A DNA stretch of 64,000 nt from Promethearchaeota archaeon (lineage in GTDB: Archaea; Asgardarchaeota; Lokiarchaeia; Sigyniarchaeales; SOKP01). A model generated the notes under the pieces. That model worked only from the letters and a program-made list of their open reading frames with translations, was not told where the DNA came from and made no database searches. A program made the translations under genes and the position numbers. The DNA is taken from contig JAHPZA010000008.1 of the NCBI GenBank assembly GCA_019058445.1, positions 1 through 64,000 on the forward strand. The letters are read 5' to 3'. Shown piece after piece: positions 59,459-64,000 of the stretch; the stretch's first letter is position 1, and each line of letters opens with the position of its first letter.

Positions 59459-60328
59459 TTACTTCTCACTGGAGTCAAATTTTTTTTCTAATTCGTTATA
59501 GTAAGGTACTCCTAAAAATTCATTGAGTTCGGTAAATGATTGAAGTACATCTTTAAAATCTCTTTGACGTCCTGTTTCTTTCAGAAGTCTAACATCTTCT
59601 CGGCATGCTAATATCGCCGCAGCTAAGCATATACCTGGAAAAATTGCTATAGTGTAACCCATTTCTTTCAATTCTTCGACAGGTAAATTTGGTGTTCTCG
59701 GGCTCATATTTATGAGTAAGGGCTTTTTATTGAAGAGTTTTGGGATTTTTCTCATTTGGTTTTTAGTTTTTGGGGCTTCAATAAATATAATATCTGCTCC
59801 TGCTTCAGCGTAGAGATGTGCCCGCTCAATAGCATGATCAAATCCATGGGTTGCAATTGCATCTGTTCTTGCAATTATTAAGAAATCGGGATTTTTTCTG
59901 GCTTCTACTGCTGCTTTCAATTTACTGACCATTTCATTCTCATCGATTACTTCTTTACCCAACATATGCCCACATCTTTTCGGCCACACTTGATCCTCAA
60001 TATGAATTGCGGCTACTCCCGCTTTTTCGTATTCTTTTACAGTTCGATCCGCATTAATAATAGTCCCATAACCCGTATCAGCATCTGCGATAAGGGGGAT
60101 GTTAATAGCATTAACAATTCTACTGGCGTTTTGAACCATTTCAGTCATGGTTAATAATCCTCTGTCAGGCAAACCGAAATGAAAAGCAGAAGTTCCAAAA
60201 CCTGTCATATACACTGCGTTGAATCCTTCCGATTCTATTATTCTAGCAGTTAAAGCATCATAAGCCCCCGGAGCTATGACAAATTCCCCATTTTTGATCA
60301 TTTCATTTAATGTCTTTGATTGTTCCAT
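59459..60328 (-). CDS. Isocitrate lyase/PEP mutase family C-C lyase (2-methylisocitrate or 2,3-dimethylmalate lyase-like)
   Basis: PGAYDALTAR, DADTGYG, HIEDQ..PKRCGH, IARTDA, GAD.IF.EA. Confidence 0.92.
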   Translation of the reverse strand: MEQSKTLNEMIKNGEFVIAPGAYDALTARIIESEGFNAVYMTGFGTSAFHFGLPDRGLLTMTEMVQNASRIVNAINIPLIADADTGYGTIINADRTVKEYEKAGVAAIHIEDQVWPKRCGHMLGKEVIDENEMVSKLKAAVEARKNPDFLIIARTDAIATHGFDHAIERAHLYAEAGADIIFIEAPKTKNQMRKIPKLFNKKPLLINMSPRTPNLPVEELKEMGYTIAIFPGICLAAAILACREDVRLLKETGRQRDFKDVLQSFTELNEFLGVPYYNELEKKFDSSEK

Positions 60329-60491
60329 AATTACACTCTTTTTAAATAATTTTATTCAAATTCTTTTTAAAAAATTTAAGTAATAATCAAAATAATAACT
60401 ATATAAAACTTTAGAATTAAGTTATAATTATTAATTAGAGTAATAATCTTAATATAAAAATAACAATAAAACAAAAGAATGGATTGATAAT

Positions 60492-61454
60492 ATGGTCGAT
60501 TATGCGATAATTTTTAATCCCATCGCTGGTGGTGCCGAAAAAGCTAAGAAAGATATCGAATTTGCACGAAAATGTTTAGATGATTTAAATATTTCTTACA
60601 AGATCTTCGCAACTGAATATGCACAACATGCAATTGAATTGGCAGGTCAGTGTGCAAAGGATGGATATAGGGTACTAGCCGCAGGAGGAGATGGGACTCA
60701 TAATGAGGTTCTCCACGGCGTTATAACATCTAAATCTGGAGCGTTATGCGGTTTTATCCCCCTCGGATCCGGAAATGATATCCCAGGAGCAATTGGTATA
60801 AGACCTGACGTTAAAAGAGCTTGTGAAATTATTGCTGAGGGAAAATCCAGCAAGGCTGATATAGGTTTAGCCAAAACAGACGCAGGTGTTGAAAGATATT
60901 TCTTAGGGATAGGAAGCCAAGGTTTTGATGCGGAAGTCGCAAGGAGAGCTAATTTACCAGGGGCATCTAAAAATTACAGTGCTATAGTTATGAAAGCAGT
61001 TTTTAGCTGGAAAAGTAAAGATATAAAAGTCACTATGGATGATGAGGTTTATGAGGGAAAGGCAAACCTAACAGCAGTAGGTAATGGGCCTACTTACGGA
61101 GGATGGATGTATGTATGCCAAAATGCCCGTGTAGATGACGGAGTTTTCCATATTAGTATTGTCGATATTGGTAAGCTAAAATTGCTAATGCAGTTCAAAA
61201 GAATGTATAAAGCTAAACTTTTACCTCATCCAAATGTGTATGTACATACAAGTAAAAAAGTGAGAATAGAAATGAAAGATCCAGAAGAACTTGAACCTTA
61301 CCATTGTCAAGTTGACGGAGAAGTCATAGGGAATGTGCCAGTGAACTATGAATGCATAAAAGACGGGTATGAATTTATACGACCGGAAATTGATGAAGTA
61401 GCTGAAGCGTTCAAAGAAAAGTATGGACGCTATTTTTATGAATGTGAGGAATAA
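60492..61454 (+). CDS. Diacylglycerol/lipid kinase family protein (YegS/BmrU-like)
   Basis: NPIAG, AGGDGT.NEV, IPLGSGND, GFDA, GNG..YGG, DDG, QVDGE. Confidence 0.92.
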   Translation: MVDYAIIFNPIAGGAEKAKKDIEFARKCLDDLNISYKIFATEYAQHAIELAGQCAKDGYRVLAAGGDGTHNEVLHGVITSKSGALCGFIPLGSGNDIPGAIGIRPDVKRACEIIAEGKSSKADIGLAKTDAGVERYFLGIGSQGFDAEVARRANLPGASKNYSAIVMKAVFSWKSKDIKVTMDDEVYEGKANLTAVGNGPTYGGWMYVCQNARVDDGVFHISIVDIGKLKLLMQFKRMYKAKLLPHPNVYVHTSKKVRIEMKDPEELEPYHCQVDGEVIGNVPVNYECIKDGYEFIRPEIDEVAEAFKEKYGRYFYECEE

Positions 61455-61537
61455 TTTCTTTTTTTCTTCTTTTTTATAAGGTTATTCAAAATAAAATAAA
61501 TAGTAGAGAAATAAAATTTTACAAATCTAATTTGTAT

Positions 61538-62404
61538 TTACTCCGAAATCTCAACTACTTGTTCTTGAGAAACTTCAAGAAAATTAATTATTATGTTGTT
61601 CACTTCTGGAGCCCTTGATCTAGGCGAGCTATGACCTGCTTTATCAATCACTTCTAAAGTGCTATTTGGTATTATCTCATTCATTTCAGCCATAACTGAT
61701 TTTGGGCATACTCTATCATGGGATGAAGCAATTAATAGAGTTTCACTTTTAATTTCTCCCAGTCTTTCATAAGTACGATGCGTAATTAAAGCATTTGCTT
61801 GAGCTTCAATATCTTCTGGAGATGAGGGATTAATACTCTCTTCCCTAATTAAATCCTCCACTGACCATAGATCATAAAATTTTTTCTTAGGATCCATTTC
61901 CATTTGTTTTCGAAAATTTCGATGATAACTTACTCTAGTACCATCCCAGAATGCTTTTACCGGATCTTTTTTTAATTGTTCAAGTTTATCAAGCCTCATT
62001 TGTTTATATGCGATAGGGCCTTGTTCGTCAGGAGTACCGTAATTTGTGTTTATTAATACCACTTTATTTACATAATTAGGATATTTTAGTACGAAATTTT
62101 GAACAATCATTCCACCTAATGACCAGCCAATTATATGTGCTTTTTTAATTTTTAAATAATCCATTAATCCTTTGATATCAGCAGCAAAAACTTCCATCGT
62201 GTAGATAGTTTTAGGACGATCACTTTTACCCGCTCCTCTATTATCAAATCTTATAATTTTGAATCTTTCACTTAGAGGTCCAAATTGTGCAATCCAATCC
62301 TCCTTTTTACCACCAAATCCATGGACTAATAATACCGGATATCCTGAGCCCTTAGTCTCGTAGCAGATTTTAATCCCATTTACAGTTGCAAATGATTCAG
62401 TCAT
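61538..62404 (-). CDS. Alpha/beta hydrolase
   Basis: LVHGF, FDNRGAG.S, GWSLGG nucleophile elbow, HD, AGH. Confidence 0.92.
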   Translation of the reverse strand: MTESFATVNGIKICYETKGSGYPVLLVHGFGGKKEDWIAQFGPLSERFKIIRFDNRGAGKSDRPKTIYTMEVFAADIKGLMDYLKIKKAHIIGWSLGGMIVQNFVLKYPNYVNKVVLINTNYGTPDEQGPIAYKQMRLDKLEQLKKDPVKAFWDGTRVSYHRNFRKQMEMDPKKKFYDLWSVEDLIREESINPSSPEDIEAQANALITHRTYERLGEIKSETLLIASSHDRVCPKSVMAEMNEIIPNSTLEVIDKAGHSSPRSRAPEVNNIIINFLEVSQEQVVEISE

Positions 62405-62612
62405 AATAGTAATTAAGGACTTTTAATTTAAATATTCTTAGTCCAATCATCAGAAAATGTAATTTAACCGCTTTTCTACATTATCATTTGTGCGTGATTA
62501 ATCGAAATATGGGATTGTTAATCATTTTCCTTGTTAAATATTAAAGAAATATTTTTAATAGGCTAAAATTTATTCTTTTCATAGTTAAAAATTCTTTTAT
62601 AGATGGAATAAA

Positions 62613-64000
62613 ATGAGTTCGATAAAGAAAGAAAGAGTTCCCTCAACAGAACAAATGATGGATTGGACTGCCGAAATTTTTAATCAAGGTATTCGCCTCC
62701 CGGGATATCCAGCGGACTATTGGGCTGAAAATTGGATTAAAGAGCAATTTGAGTCTTTAGGTCTCCAGAACATTAAATTTGATCCGATCAATGTAAAAAA
62801 ATGGGAAGCATCTAATGCTAAACTTGAAATTTGGCTGAATAATAATCCGACCGAGAGATTTGACATACCTTGTTTTCCTATTCCTTATACTTCACCAACT
62901 AATGGTGTTGAAGCTGAACTTAGCATGATTTCTGATAACCATGATCTATCAGGAAAGATTGCAGTTTATGAGTTGAATTTAACAACACTTCCTGTCAAAT
63001 TGATGGCGGCTCTTAGAGGATCAGATCGATATTATGATCCTAAGAATGAATTTGAAACTTTGGAGCAAACTGTTCCATTCGATATGAACTTTGAAAATAA
63101 AATAGAACCTTTATATGAAAAAAACGCGTTGGGACTCATTGGAATACTTTCTGGGTATCCTTGTGAAACAGATAAATATTATGTTCCTTATGATGCCGTG
63201 GAGAGAAAAATTCCGGGCATTTGGGTTTCTGGAAAAAATGGGAAGAAAATTACGGATTTAATGAAAAAAGGTAAAGTAAAAGCTAATATCTCTTACAGTG
63301 GAAAGATTTCAGAGGTAATATCTCATAACATTACAGGCACTTTACCAGGAGGAATGTCTAATGAATGGATAGTGATAGGGACTCACCATGATGGCCCCTG
63401 GAATTCGGCAGTAGAAGATGCATCTGGAATGGCATTAGTATTGGCTCAAGCAAAATATTGGTCGCAGATCCCTAAAGGACAACGGCCGTTCAATATAATG
63501 TTTTTAATGAACGGAGCTCATATGGCGGGAGGATTAGGTCAAACAGAATTCGTTAAAAGAAATGAGGAATTTTTAAAGAACGTAGTAGCAGCCATTCATT
63601 TAGAACATGTCGCCCGGGATGTGAAACGTGAAAATGGAAGAATGATTCCTTTAGATGATCCTACTGTTCGGTGGTGGTTTGTAAGTCGGATATTATCACT
63701 TGAAGAAATAACAGAAGAAGCAATTATCAAAGAGGATTTACGACGCTCGCTTTTCCTTCCTCCTGATGATTTTATTCCAGGTGCGGATGGCCCTCCCACT
63801 GATGGGCATAGCTATCAACCTGCAGGAATACCTTTTATCTCATTCTTAACAGCTCCTCCTTATCTATTTGATTCTGAAGATACGATGGATAAAATCCATG
63901 AAGAAAGTTATGTACCCCTCACACGAGCAGTGATACGTATTATTAATTCATTAAAAGGTCATACAGCAAAAGAATTACGGGATCAGATTCTTACAAAGAG
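62613..64000 (+). CDS. M28-family metallopeptidase (partial; runs off the window end and is absent from the ORF track)
   Basis: ATG 62613 MSSIKKERVP...GIRLPGYPAD..AE.WI; later NITGTLPG...IVIGTHHDGPWNSAVEDASG, HMAGG, HLEH. Confidence 0.82.
   Translation, partial: MSSIKKERVPSTEQMMDWTAEIFNQGIRLPGYPADYWAENWIKEQFESLGLQNIKFDPINVKKWEASNAKLEIWLNNNPTERFDIPCFPIPYTSPTNGVEAELSMISDNHDLSGKIAVYELNLTTLPVKLMAALRGSDRYYDPKNEFETLEQTVPFDMNFENKIEPLYEKNALGLIGILSGYPCETDKYYVPYDAVERKIPGIWVSGKNGKKITDLMKKGKVKANISYSGKISEVISHNITGTLPGGMSNEWIVIGTHHDGPWNSAVEDASGMALVLAQAKYWSQIPKGQRPFNIMFLMNGAHMAGGLGQTEFVKRNEEFLKNVVAAIHLEHVARDVKRENGRMIPLDDPTVRWWFVSRILSLEEITEEAIIKEDLRRSLFLPPDDFIPGADGPPTDGHSYQPAGIPFISFLTAPPYLFDSEDTMDKIHEESYVPLTRAVIRIINSLKGHTAKELRDQILTK

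Noticed and set aside
3193-63799. Short antisense or off-frame ORFs (e.g. 3193, 5256, 21262, 32036, 35967, 37861, 41047, 49164, 63596)
   Set aside because: Nested in well-supported genes and carry no motifs.
1-64000. CRISPR arrays, tRNA/rRNA genes, transposases or integrases
   Set aside because: No regularly spaced repeats, cloverleafs, GC-rich rRNA-like tracts or recombinase motifs were seen.

Overview
Strongly AT-rich, gene-dense archaeal chromosomal window. Archaeal BRE/TATA promoters, AOR, PdaD, deoxyhypusine synthase, FrhB and several longin-like and 7TM proteins point to an Asgard archaeon, probably Lokiarchaeia; this is inferred from gene content. There are about 50 CDSs, mostly for anaerobic organic-matter catabolism: two D-aminoacylases, a DSD1-type PLP enzyme with RidA, a LarA homolog, AOR, nitrilase, IlvD, a korDABC operon, a split B12 acyl-CoA mutase, LeuCD-, ICDH- and ICL-family enzymes, tandem GH29-like hydrolases, MFS and ABC transporters, and a partial M28 peptidase. 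I saw no rRNA, tRNA, CRISPR array or transposase. Main leads: (1) an unannotated ~200-nt structured RNA at ~4018-4229 with its own TATA box, U-tract, a tRNA-acceptor-like end and mutually exclusive pairings; (2) a ferredoxin-FrhB-PyrK fusion ending the kor operon, with no canonical start codon; (3) a B12 mutase with non-standard specificity residues (V89/T207); (4) a tandem pair of 7TM-longin proteins plus stand-alone 7TM and soluble longin proteins; (5) a tiny DDEW-rich acidic protein; (6) several gene remnants. All family calls come from motif recognition by eye; no searches were run.
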